Shown here piece after piece: positions 1 through 15,875 of a stretch of 64,000 nucleotides of DNA. The position numbers were made by a program, and so were the translations under genes. Below the pieces are notes generated by a model. That model was not told where the DNA came from, did no database searches, and saw only the letters and a program-made list of their open reading frames with translations. The stretch's first letter is position 1. Each line of letters begins with the position of its first letter. Origin of the DNA: the human T2T-CHM13v2.0 reference genome, Homo sapiens; NCBI RefSeq assembly GCF_009914755.1, contig NC_060931.1. The stretch is one strand, 5' to 3'.

Positions 1-108
1 GGCAACATGAGGCCTCCTGAGGCTTTGGGGTGGCTGGTTTCTAGTGACAGCTGCAGATCCTTTCATCCCACGTGTGCTGAATATTATGTGCCAAGCACTG
101 TATTAGAG

Positions 109-270
109 TAGTACGTCTCAATCCAGAGAGTTTGTGAAAAAAGAGATTGCTTGGCCCCACCCCCAGATATTTCATTTCAGCAGGTCTGGAGTGGGCCTAA
201 GAATTTTCATTTCTACCAGTTTCCCAGAGTGGCAGGGCTGCTGCAAGGGATCACATTGAGAGAATCACTG
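109..270. mobile_element. MER5A-type hAT-Charlie MITE inserted into an L2 fragment
   Basis: MER5-like body (ggcccccacccccaga...tcagcaggtctggagtgggcctaagaatt), end gagaatcactg, perfect 8-bp TSD TATTAGAG at 101-108 and 271-278. Confidence 0.8.
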
Positions 271-344
271 TATTAGAGGCTTGAGACATGGTGACTGAAT
301 CAGAAAGAGTTGTGGTTCCTGCCCTGAATGGAGCTTGCATATGT

Positions 345-960
345 GAGTGAGTGGATGAATGAATGAATGAATGAATGAGCATGGGGGCAGAGAGAATGCA
401 GTGTGTAAAGAACACCTTTACAACACCGTGTGGAAAGAACTAGAATAGAGATAGGTATGGGGAACTGAATAAAGAAGCCAGCTTAGTCTGGCTGAGTACA
501 GAAGGCTTTGCAGAGGAGTTGGCCCCTGGTGGGCTCTGAAAGTCCCAGACGTGTCAACCACGCAGAAAGGGGAGGTGAGTTTATTCCTAAGAAACAGCTG
601 GTGAAGAGGCACAGGGTAGGAGAGTGGGAGGGCTGAGAGCCTCCATGAGTTGGGGAATTCATGGTAGATCTGACTGTCATGAAAGGTGTATTTGTGTGCA
701 AGAGACAGGGAGGCAGGAAACAATGAGAGAAAAGGCCAGGGGGCAAAACAGCAGCCACGCCACTGAAGGTCTTGACTTGCATATCAGAAGAGCTGGGATC
801 TCCTTCTAGAAGCAGTGGGGAGCCACTGAAGGAGTTCAAGGTGTGGAATAGCAAGATCAGGTGTGCATTGGGGAAAGATGCAGAGACTCGATGCACGTAC
901 TGTCAGCTGGAATTAGGCCACCCCATGTCACTATCATGTGAGAGGACAAAGGGCCTGTGG
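345..960. mobile_element. L2 fragments including a (TGAA)n tract
   Basis: (tgaa)n at ~355-378 and L2-like motifs (agcagtggggagccactgaagg...aagatcag). Confidence 0.5.
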
Positions 961-1124
961 GAGAAATGGGCAATGCCACTGCAGATGGCTGGCAAGAGGA
1001 GAGAAGAAAAACTGTTCCCAGATGCATTTTATTTGGGACTCTTGCTAACTGCATTTTAGACCTTTAAAAAAAAGGTCACCAGAGAGCTATTGAGTGTCTC
1101 AGGAAGAACAAGGGAATGTTTGTT

Positions 1125-1290
1125 TTGATTCTACTTTGCTGTGTGACCTTGAGCAAGTTACTTAATCTTTCTGTGCTGCTGTTTCCTCATCTGTATAATG
1201 AGGATGGCAGTGAGTTGTGAGGATTACGTGGGATAGTATAAGTAAATTGCCACCAAGTGTATTGTAAGTGCTCCACACATATTTGGTATT
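1125..1290 (+). mobile_element. MIR
   Basis: MIR core: gctgtgtgaccttgagcaagttacttaatctttctgtgc...tttcctcatctgtataatgagg. Confidence 0.8.
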
Positions 1291-2134
1291 TTTATTAATT
1301 TATTTTAGTTGGCATCCTTTCCTTTCCTGGGAGAGATGATATGGTTGAATATTTTTGTTTCATCTCTGGTCTCTGTAATTAGCCTGCTTTCTTCAAGAAA
1401 GAGAACAGCAAGAGTTCCTCCAGTACGCAAACACAAGTGCTTGTCCTTTTTGACTGTCTTTGTCTTTTTTTTTTTTTAGAAGTAATTTCATGGCTCATGC
1501 ACTTGATATTCCATCAGGAAAGCTGGGCCCCTCTATCAAGCAGATGATCGTCCCTGCTGGGCATTCATTGGCAAATCACAATTCTGTTAATTAACACAAA
1601 GTGGGATTCCAGCTCTCAACTCCTTTCAAACTCACCCTTTCTTCCTTGGGTTTTGAGTTGCAGCCTCTCTCCTCTGCTGAGCCCCGGGTGACATATGTAT
1701 CTTGGAGCCATCTCTTTGTCTTTGCTTAGCCCTGGGCTCAGCAGCCGCCAGGCCATGGGCCGCCTGTCTCCTCCACCTCCACCTGCCTTGCACATCCTTG
1801 CTCTGTGCCTGCCTTTTTATCTCAACATCCCCATCACCTGTTTCCTGGAAAATTTCCCGATTTCTCCCCAGTGTAAAAAGGGGCATGTGTTTCTATTCCG
1901 AGCACTTTGCTTTGACTTGGCATGCCTTCATGGACTTCAGCGGGGAGTCTGGGTCTGCGTAATGAGCCTCTCAGCATCGCAGCTGCCAGCCTAGAGGAGC
2001 ACTGCTTTGCTAATGCAGATGTAACAAATCCCACCAAACAAAACTCCCTGAACAGACGCCTTCACAAGTCAGGGCTCCGAGCTCTGCCTTTTGTTATCAC
2101 TTTGGCTACTTCCCTTGAGACTGTGTCCTTGGTC

Positions 2135-2303
2135 CTTTTCTTTTCTTTTCTTCTGTTTTTTTTTCTTTTCTTTTATTTTCCCTCCCTCCCTCCCCCACCT
2201 CTGTCTTTCTTTTTTTCTTTCTCTCCTTCCTTCCTTCCCTCCTTCCTTCCTTCCTTCCTTTCTCTCTCTCTCTCCTTCCTTCTTTTCTTTTCTTTTCTTT
2301 CCC
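2135..2303. repeat. Polypyrimidine low-complexity tract, (TTTC/TTCC)n
   Basis: Directly visible. Confidence 0.9.
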
Positions 2304-2599
2304 AGGTCAGGGTAATGGGTTGTAATAATCCACCTACATCCTCTGGCCTGGTACCTGTCACCCGAGACCTAGAAATCGCAGCCTCAGAGGTGCGGTGACT
2401 TATAAAGTCCTCAGCGGAGCCAGGTCCTAACCCAAACCTCCTCACCTCTTTTTTGGCACAAACTCTGAAAGAACTTTGAAAGGTTGAGAGGACTGTGTAT
2501 ATCATGCAATCTCTTGTTGCTGTTGCCATGACGATCGTATTAAAAGTGGACCCCCATGGGCACTGGATTGTAACTTGAAAATGATGAAGATAATCAATT

Positions 2600-3185
2600 G
2601 TACTACAGTGTTGTAAAAGGCCTGAAATTCCGATGCATGCTACAACATAGATGAACCTGGAGAACATGCTAAGTAAAATTAATCAGATACAAAATAACAA
2701 ATGTTGTATGGTTCCATGCATTTAAGGTATATGAGTGGTTGAATGCATAGAGAAATTAGAATGGTGTTCATGATGATTGCCATTTTACTCGAATAAAATA
2801 AAAAAAGAAAAATTTTTAAAAAGAAATTAGAATGGTGGAGGCTAGGGGCTGAGGATAAGATGGAGAGTTAATGCCTAATATGAGTGGTTGAATGCGTAGA
2901 GAAATTAGAATGGTGTTCATGATGATTGCCATTTTACTCGAATAAAATAAAAAAAGAAAAATTTTAAAAAAGAAATTAGAATGGTGGAGGCTAGGGGTTG
3001 AGGAGAAGATGGAGAGTTAATGCCTAATGGGGACAGAATTTTAGTTCGGGAAGATGAACAGTTCTGGAAATGGGTGGTGGTGATGGTTGCGCAACAGTAT
3101 GAATGTGTTTCATGCCATCAAACTGTATATTTTTTAATGGTTAAAATGGTAAATTTTATGTTATGTATAAACATAATTTTTAAAG
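2600..3185 (+). mobile_element. Old L1 (L1MB-like) 3' UTR fragment carrying a micro-insertion and a tandem duplication
   Basis: gctacaacatagatgaacctggagaacatgctaagt...agaatggtgg...gttctggaaatgggtggtggtgatggttgc...atggttaaaatggtaaattttatgttatg. Confidence 0.8.
2729..3028. repeat. Tandem duplication, 2 x 149 bp
   Basis: atgagtggtt at 2731 and 2880; atgcctaat at 2871 and 3020; 4 substitutions by eye. Confidence 0.95.
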
Positions 3186-5809
3186 GGGGAGGAAGGAACC
3201 ACCATGAAAACATTTTTAAAGCCCCAAATGAGCATTTGTAAAAAACCAAAAAATGTAAAAATAACTTTTTAAAAGCTCCCTTTATTGACTCAAAGTCATT
3301 CTCTTAGCTTTAGGATATAAAAAATGGATTATGTATAATTTGGGTTGTTCACAAAAATCATCGTGTTTGTTTGGCGCATTCAATTTAAAAGTATAACTCA
3401 ACTCACCCATTCATTCAGCACATTTATGGAGATGGTGTGGGAGGCAGAGTGCTCAGCCTGAAATAAAACAATCAGCGCAAACTCGCTAATTGAACTTCAT
3501 TTAAAACGGTTGACATTTTTCTTACAAATAGGTTGACAAGCTGCTGAACCTAAGGAATCCAGCATCTTTTGATTCTTGTGGGTTGTATTGGTGAGTCTGT
3601 TTCAGGTTACTGGGAGGAGGCAGGTCTGGCTTGTCTTTAGTGACAGGCTTTTGTTGCAAGGATGCGAGGGAATGAAGGGTGCAGGGAAACCGTATTCTCC
3701 CTGGGTCCCAGGGCTTCCCAGGTTGGACTCTGCAGAAACTGTGACTCAGTGTTGTTTGGGTTTCAGGCTGAGCTTGAATAAGCTGCCCTTTCAGTATGCC
3801 CTTCATAGTCCTGTATCCCCAAAGAGCATCTGATTGTGTCAGCTTGTCTTTGTTCAGTAAGAAGTGACCACATAGGGCAGGGCGTCCCTCCACGCCATCT
3901 CTGAAGCATAAGGTCATTACGACAATTAAACGAGTTAAATGGAGAGTCCTTAGAACAGTGTTTTATTCAACACATGGTGAGTGGTGAATCAATGTTGTCA
4001 TTCTTATGAAACAAGACACAACGCAAGACCCTAGGATGAGAGTGGGAGAGTGCAGGAACGAAGTGTAAAATCTAACCAACGTTTGAATATTCTGATTCAA
4101 CCTCATCCAGATATAAATTGTTCAAGAGCCTGCTCTAAAGGTGATCTGGGCTTTAGAGTGGAGGCAAGTTCAGAAGAGAAGCAGCATGACCATCTCTTAG
4201 GTTTCTGCCTTGGGATCATGGGCCCAAGAGAGTTGCACCAGCCTGAATTGGTTGACAACACAATTCATGATGTATATTGACAAAAAAAATTCCACTTATA
4301 CATTTAGATTCTGCAAAATGTTGAGTTTTATTTGATCTGAACCATTTGCTAGAGAGTATTTGGATAGATTCAGATGAGGGAAGGAAAAGAAAATGGCTTT
4401 GCCAGCGACGTGCAGTGCTCAGCGGAGCTCGGGGGAGTCAGGCTCACCCAGTGCTCAGTGCCCCACATAGATCACCTTTGTGGAGCACATAGTATGTGCT
4501 ATGTGTGAGCCCCTCAACTCTCACATTCTGAGGGGAGGCACTGCTATTAATCCCATTTTACAGAGGGGGAAACTGAAGCATAGAGATAAACAGTCTGACA
4601 AGAGCCAATGTTCGTACCCAGCAGTCTGACTTCAGACACTTTTGGGTCTCAAGAGTCTCGATTTCTAGTTTTAATTTAACAGCATCACTGTAATTGGTGA
4701 AGTCTTTTGTTCTTCTTTAGATCTTTGGAAGAATGCTCAGCTTCATGATGTCACAGAGAAGCACAGTTGATTGTGCTCTACCTCAGTGTCATTTTGATCT
4801 TCCATGTTATGAAAAGCGTTGGTCCGCCAACCATGAATTTTACCTGAGCCCTTCTATGCGCCACTCACAGTGCCATGTGTAAAGCAATTGTATGCCACCC
4901 CCATCCTCTGCCTGACATTCAGGAATTTTACAGCTGATACATTGTTTAGGGTATCTGCGTTTCCTTTTTCTATTTTTCTATAGAAAACTGATTCCAAATC
5001 ACAACTTTTTTTTCTTCCCCCAATCCCAACATGTATCTGTAAATGTGTAATTGTTGTGAGTCACATTGATACTTCTTTTAGAGATTCCTGTGTATATTCC
5101 AATTCTTGAAAGAGACCTACTCAAAAGATTGCCTCATGGACAAATGGCATAACAGCCTTAAGGATCTTAAGGAAAAGCAAAATAAAATTAAAAAGACTTC
5201 TGCCCATGCGTATTGTCAATCATGGACAGAGATGTTAAAGAAAAAGTGCTCTGTTCTTTTGCAAGACCTTGGATCCTTTTTTCTGGCATTCTTGGGTCAT
5301 TTTCCTCTAAGTCAAGTCTTTCAGAGTATTTAGCAGGCAGCTGCTGATAGTATTTGGTTCACAGAGGCTGCTGATGATGAGAAAACTTTCTTTGTGGAAT
5401 CCAAATGCCTCCATGGAAGGACAGCTTCTGCGCAGACGATGCTGAAAAGAGCTGTTTGAACTTCCTTTATCCTTATATTCCTTATGTAAGCTCAAGGACA
5501 TTTGTTTGTTTCTGTGTTTGTTCTTAAATAATGTTTTAAGTATTTTCCTCTTTGATGTAAGAGCAACACATACTTATTATTGTGGGGAATTTAGAAACCA
5601 CAGAAAACGATAAAGAGGAATAAAAAAAATCATTGAAAATTCTCTTCTCCCACTATTAACCTTTGGTATATTTCCTTTTGGTCTTTTTTTCTTGCTTATT
5701 ATTATCATTAGTGTTTATAATCATTATAATTACGTATCCAGGAGCAGATAAAACATACAATTTCATGTCTAGTTTTTTCCAACATTACTTAATTTCTCCA
5801 AAAACATCA

Positions 5810-6355
<546 letters not shown>

Positions 6356-9300
6356 CTAGATAGAAAGATGTAAATGTTTATATAGAAAGCTATTGTCTAG
6401 CTTATATCTATCTCCATCTTCTCTGAGCATCTCTCTCCCTATCTATACTCACATACCCACAAATACACTAAGTTATTATAAATGTGTATTTATATATTTA
6501 GTAGTAGCATCTGCTTCACATAAACATTATCTAACTTTGAGAAATTAAATGATCCCTGCAGAGTTCCAAAAGTTGGGTCAATTATATGTGTGCGTTATTA
6601 TTTATTCTATTATTTGCTACAAATCAAGCTCAGTTGATCATTTCCATGTCATTAGAAGATAAGTGTATCTTTCTGAGGGCTAAGGGTCATGCTGAGCTAG
6701 AAGGTTGCAAGGCTGGAGAGGAAGTGCCTTCTCTCCAGCGTCAGCAAAGGCTGCGGACAAGCAGGGCATGAAGCAGGGCATGGAGAAGGGTGAGCCAGCT
6801 GCCCAGTTGGCTATGGCACTGAGTGTGTGAAGGAGGGAAGAGAGAAAGGAGATTGTGCTGGTGAGGAGAGTCACACAGGAAGGGCCTAAAACCTAGGCCT
6901 TTGGTGTGCACTTCACTCTGACAGACAGTGGGAAGCCACAAGGCTTGAGCACGGAGGAGAGAGAATGAGGTTGGCTTTAGCAGAAGTCATCTGGCAATAG
7001 GATATGAAATGAATTGGAGCAGAGAAACTCTGGAAAGACAGACTCTGGGGAGTGGATCTGCAAGAGGGAAGAAGACCAATACTTACTGAGCTCCTGCTGA
7101 GGGCCAGACAGCATTTCATGTAAACTATCTCATTTTACCGCCTGTCCATAGAGATGGGAAAATTGAGACCTGTTGAAAGTCACAGGGCAGAAAGCGACAG
7201 AGACAGTGTTAAACTGAAAACTGAAGCTCAGGCTCACTTGACTATGCCGAGCTGCCTGGGTTCAAGGGAAGAAGGGCAGAGTCAGAGCAGAGGCAGCATC
7301 TCCAGGGGCCGAGAGGAGGAGCTGCAAAATCTAGTTACTGTAGAGGCAAAATCAGGTGAACTTGGCAACCTATCAGAAATCCAGGGACAAAAAGGAATGA
7401 AACTCAAAATGTCCCTGAGATTTGGGGGACAGACAGATTGCGAGGATGGTGATGCCATTGTCATCAATAGGGGATGTGCCCTTTGATAGTGAAGATGAGA
7501 AACTGGGTTTTAGAAGTTCTGAATTAGAGGCACAGGCAGACCACTCAGGTTAGCATGTCCAATCAGCTGTGAGAGATGTGGATCAGAAGCCCAGGAGAAA
7601 GATTGGCACCACTGATGGAGATGTGATAGACATAAGATGCATAGAAATGCACTTCTGATTCATGTAAGTTACAAATATATATGAATGAAGCTAAAGCACA
7701 ATGTAATATTATAAGCTTATATAAATGTAAACTCTCACCTTTCAATAGGGAGAATATTCTTTTTAAATTCTTTGTTGAGTCATAAGATCTGAGAGCCAGA
7801 AGGAGCCAGGTTTCTGCTTTCTTGCAGTTCCAAAACTTTGAGTCTTGCTGTGTGTTCTCTTGTGCTGAGTCTTCTGAGCAGGCAGGACAGTGAGTTCCTT
7901 GTTTAGCCTTGTTAACTTCCTCAAGAACATGTGGAGGACACACCAGTGAGTCCGTCCTATTCATAGACATCGGAGGTGCTGTCCCAAGTCCAGAGACATT
8001 CCCACCACCTCTACATCCAAATCCTACAAGCACGGAAGGCCCTGACTCTTTTTCTTTTCCAGTGACAGAGACCATGTCTCCAGAAGGCAGAAATAAATCT
8101 TGAACTTGGGAATTATTTTGTGCTACTGAGTAGGAGGACACAGGAAGTATAAAGACTCCATGAGCTAGTTTCAGAGAAATATCTTGCCTCTTGCTCCTTT
8201 AGGAATCACCTGGAGAGCAGAACAGGCTGGCTATCAATATATAAACATCTTGCCTTAAATATTTTACCCATCATACTTTAAAAAATCCACGATCCATTTA
8301 GTTTTATTCCAACTTGGAGGTAAATCAAACACACCGTTTCCTTTGGGAGAACTGAAAAACAAAGGCTTTGCCCAAATGTTTCTCATTTTGTTCTGGATTT
8401 TCACATATCTGCCAATGACCTTGGCCTCATTAGTGAGCACCTTATTCAAGCAGGCTTCGATAGCCTGCCACAGAACAAAGACAACATCAAGGGCAGAGGG
8501 AGAGATTGGCACACATGGGGCTAACGGGGTGGGGATGCTTGTCTCTTGTAGAACCAGACACAGAGTACATAACGAGCATTTACTTAACAAAAGACCCAAC
8601 AGCAAAACACCGGCAAAATTCAACAGTGACTGACTACACGTGAAGCATGAAAAATGTTTCCAGTCATGTGAGACGCTTCAAGCATAGAAAGCAAACCATG
8701 CAAAATGGAAAGCGTTGGAAAACATAAAAGCAAAGCCATTAGACATCACTTTTGAACAAAACAAATAGAAAAGCCTTTCTCATCATCTGCCTGTAAGTGA
8801 GCTGTGTACAGTGCACTGTCGACGGTTCCTGGCACATAGTAAGTGCTGAGTAAATGTCAGCTCCTTCCTCCCTTGCTACCTCATCATCCAGGAGAGACAC
8901 TGTGGGCTGCTAGTCATTCATGCTCCTACCAAATGGAATAGATGGATTCCTTCATCCCATAGAGATTTAGAGCTTCTGCTATGTCTTAGATGCTGTGAGA
9001 GACACAAAGAAGAAAAAAATGCAGCCTCTGTTCTCCAAACAATTGGATGACTGCCTAAGATGTGGGAGAACAGTAGGAAAGAACACAACAAGAGAACCCC
9101 AAGGCTTTCTGGACCAGCGGCCTTCTCAAGACAGAAGGGCTGGTGTCTTACCCATCTTTGTCTCTTCAGGGCCTAGAATAATACCTGACTGAGAGATAGA
9201 CCTCAGTGAATGAACAAATGAATGAGTCAGTGAATGAATGAATGAATGGGCACTAAGTGAGGGGTCCCACCCACGGTGATGCTACATGATTGGCACTTCT

Positions 9301-9499
9301 TACAGAACGGGTGATTCTAGAGGAGCTGGGAGTGACTTGGGAAGAGGAAAGGTGCCTCTCACCTGTAAACTCATCCACTTTTCTCCCTACCCCCACCTAG
9401 CAAGCTGTGTTCTCTCTTGTTTCACTCTCCACTAGCGCCTTCCACTGAATGTGCCTGTGTGGGTGTACCTGTACATTGCGTGTCTGTTTCTAAGCCTTT

Positions 9500-9725
9500 T
9501 TGAGCACTTACATAGCAGTTACTTTGTGCCAGCCTCTAAGTAATATGCAAGTATAATTCTCATAACAATCTTGTGAGATAGGTACTATTATTAGACCTTC
9601 TCAGAGCTGAGGAAACTGAGGCCCAATGATATTAAGGTCACATGACTAGTAAGAGGTAGATCCAGAGCTTAAGTCCAGACAGTCTGACTCCAAAGCAGTG
9701 TCCTTTACCGCTGAACTCTGCTGTC
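9500..9725 (-). mobile_element. MIR
   Basis: aattctcataacaatcttgtgagataggtactattatt...tgaggaaactgaggccca...agtctgactccaaagc. Confidence 0.75.
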
Positions 9726-9879
9726 CACGTTTATCAAGTAGAACCAGGAAGAGCTTCCCTCAGTTTGCCTGTGGTCTGCTATATTGACTTGGATGAGATT
9801 CAGAGCATGGGAAAGGTTAAGTCCCAGGTATTAGGTTCATCCTCTCTGCTAAGTCTTTCTCCTCTTCATAGAAATATAC

Positions 9880-12090
<2,211 letters not shown>

Positions 12091-13229
12091 AGGATGAACC
12101 CAAAGAGGGAATTTCTGTTGATGAAACTTTTTTTCAAGTGAGAGGTAAGATACTGACTTTAGTTTCCTTCTACGGAGTTTCTTTTCTTGGCAAGATCTTT
12201 ATTTGAATGAGCTTTAACCATCTGCTAAAAAAAGCCTGGGTCAACATAGCCTTCAAAAATAAGTCAATAGAGCTGCAGAGAAAGGCACAGGGGAAAGGAG
12301 AGGTCGACCGAGCCCACTCAATCTTTACAGGTTACTAACAAGCATCTCCTTAACAGGAGAGGGAATGAGTGGAGAGAAGGAAGCACTGCCTTTGAAGGAG
12401 GGAGGGGAGAAGGCTCTGTTACCTCAGGCACAGTGACTCCCAGGTTTGTGGGAGGTACACAAACCTGTTATCATTGATTTGATTTATGGTTCCTCAGCCT
12501 TCCTCAAAAATGGCTCCATGATGTATTATTAGTGTTTAAATAATGTTCTCTTAGTTTGCACATTTTGCTCCATCTCTTGAGATAAAGACAGGCTGGCATA
12601 CTGCATACATACATGGCATTGAGAATCACAACTACTGGGGCAGAGTCATTTGGTCTACCCCCTAACTTCCAGGTAGCAAGGAATGTTATTCTGATGTCAG
12701 AAATTAGACAGGTAAACACAGAAATTAACCTGCTTCTATAAAGTAAGAACTAGAAGAAGGAGCTAGAGGCTATCTCCCGTTCCCAGGACAGCAGCCACTA
12801 GTATCCTTCAGTCCTCACTACCCCTAAACCCTCATTTTTCCTGCCATATTGCTTGATCCTGCCCTCCTATGCAATGGGCTTTGGAAAACATCCTTGCTTA
12901 TATGTGGATGGAGGTAAGAACATACTCTTTAGGCCCCTTCTCCATCATGCTTCTAAATTAGAAAACAGAATTTGCTAGAATTTTAGAATTTAAAGATTTT
13001 TTGGGGGAAAAAATAAGTTGCTACTCTCACATTTCCACTTTGTAAAGACTGGTATATCCTGCACCTGTTAAATACACATTGGATGATACCAGTCATACTC
13101 ACTGAGCCTTGTATTTGTTCCTCTGCCTCGTAGCATGGCAGTGAACACAAATCATCACTGGCATTTGTGGTAGCACTTTACAGTTTACAAAGGGCTTTCA
13201 CAGATCTCATCTGATCAATGACTCTAGGA

Positions 13230-13450
13230 GACCACAGAGCACAGTGAATAAAAGCGTGGGCCTTGGTTGGAGTCAGACCAAGATTCTCACCCTAGTTCTG
13301 CTGCTTCTAAGCTGCCTGCTTGGGGCAAGTTCCTTATGATCTCATGGGTAAAAGGGAAATGAAAAGCTCATCAATTCTGGGGGAGGATTTAAATGTGACA
13401 ATGTATAGAAAATTCTTAGAACATGCCTAGCACATCAGAAATCCTAGCTT
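13230..13450 (+). mobile_element. MIR
   Basis: ttggagtcagacc...ttggggcaagttcctta...gaggatttaaatgtgacaatgtatagaaaattcttagaacatgcctagcaca. Confidence 0.65.
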
Positions 13451-13451
13451 T

Positions 13452-13504
13452 ATCATCATCACTGTCATCATCATGATAATCATCATCATCATCATTATAT
13501 CATT
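13452..13504. repeat. Imperfect (ATC)n microsatellite
   Basis: Directly visible. Confidence 0.85.
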
Positions 13505-14668
13505 CTTGTCTCGGATATGACTTGCATAAGGTCATCTGTAAACAATTTATTTAAAAGACTGTACCTACAACTTTTTTTTTTTTCTCACTACAACCTTTTA
13601 AGCCCATCCTTTCTGAGCTGCCATATCCATTCCTAGGTGATACCTATGGGAGACTCCATAGATTTGGGGGTAAACTGTCACATATTCATAAGCTTTTATT
13701 TGTAGGTATTAAAATTTGATTCAGATCTAATATCGGAACCTCAGTCTTATATTAATATTTAGTTTACATCTTCTCCCTTTCCCAGCTCGGGCTTGACATT
13801 TTCTTAGAAACCTGCAATACGGAAAGAGATCTGTTCAGCTTCTTTATTTTTACGATTCTACCTGCTCCCTGTTAACCCTATTACTTCTGGCTCCTCCAGG
13901 GCTGCGGTTGGTGAAAGGAGGACAGGTAAAAGGCCAAGGCTCTGACTTGCCTGGTGTTATTGCTCTCCGGGCCCTCCATGTGGTGGGGCCCAAAGGCTGG
14001 CTCTCCCTCTCTTGTACAGGACTTTTGGGGTTCCTTTGGGAAAGCTTTGCAGGAATTGGTGTTGCACCATTGATTGTCTCCTGATGTGGGGAGGACACCT
14101 TCCAGCTGAGCTGGTTCTGCTCCCACTTCACCTCCCATTTCTGGTGCTACCTCACAATGGAGACTCTTCTTGTTGGTGTGATCGTACGCTAATGGGCAAA
14201 GCTGTAGGATGGAGTCTTTTCAAGGCGGTTTAGTCTTCATTGGCATCCACTTGGTACATGGAGAAACCACTGGATCCTTCCTCACACAGAGCCTGTGTTG
14301 GCTCTGTTGCCAGAGGCAGCATGAAACAGCCTCTGGCCTCATTGTTTCAGGCCACAGCTAGGCACCCTCCCCTGTGTCCTCTAAATTCTAGAGTACCTGC
14401 ACATAGCTCTCTGTGTGGTTCTCTTGAGGGCCTTTTTCTGTCCTTGAGCCAGCTACCACCAGCTTGAGACGTGCAGTGGCTGGAGTGGGGAAGCTCCCAT
14501 GGGGAGAGAATAGAAATGCAAGAAACTGTCACTCACCAACCTTCTGCGTCCATCTCCTGGTCTCTTGTTATATGTAAACTGAAGGCGGCGAGAGCACTAT
14601 GAGTTGCAGAACTAGATCGGGGCACTTTGTAGCAAGCTCTACACAAGGTCTCACGCCTCTCTTTAGAA

Positions 14669-15262
<594 letters not shown>

Positions 15263-15530
15263 CTTTAGAATATGGAGGAGGAGGAGGGGGCTTGCCATCT
15301 ATTGGTCTCAGCTTTGAGGGCTCAGAACTAAGAGTTTGTGACATATACAACGCTTTCCAACCAGGATGTGCAGAATGAGGACTCAGATGCTGGTCTTCTA
15401 GCCTTGAGTTCAGTATTTGTTTGTTTGTTCTTCCCATGCTGTCATGCTGTTCAAACGAATTGCCATGCTTTGTTCCCATGGACCTCAGTAGTTAAAGGGG
15501 CAGATTTGAGTAAGAAGATTTCTATAGTGA

Positions 15531-15875
<345 letters not shown>

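Noticed and set aside
2522-2535. RFX X-box-like GTTGCCATGACGAT
   Set aside because: Only one good half-site (11/14 to the palindrome); insufficient alone.
5366-5455. Box C (ATGATGA 5374-5380) and box D (CTGA 5442-5445) spaced like a C/D snoRNA
   Set aside because: No terminal stem and no recognisable rRNA/snRNA guide; such motifs occur by chance.
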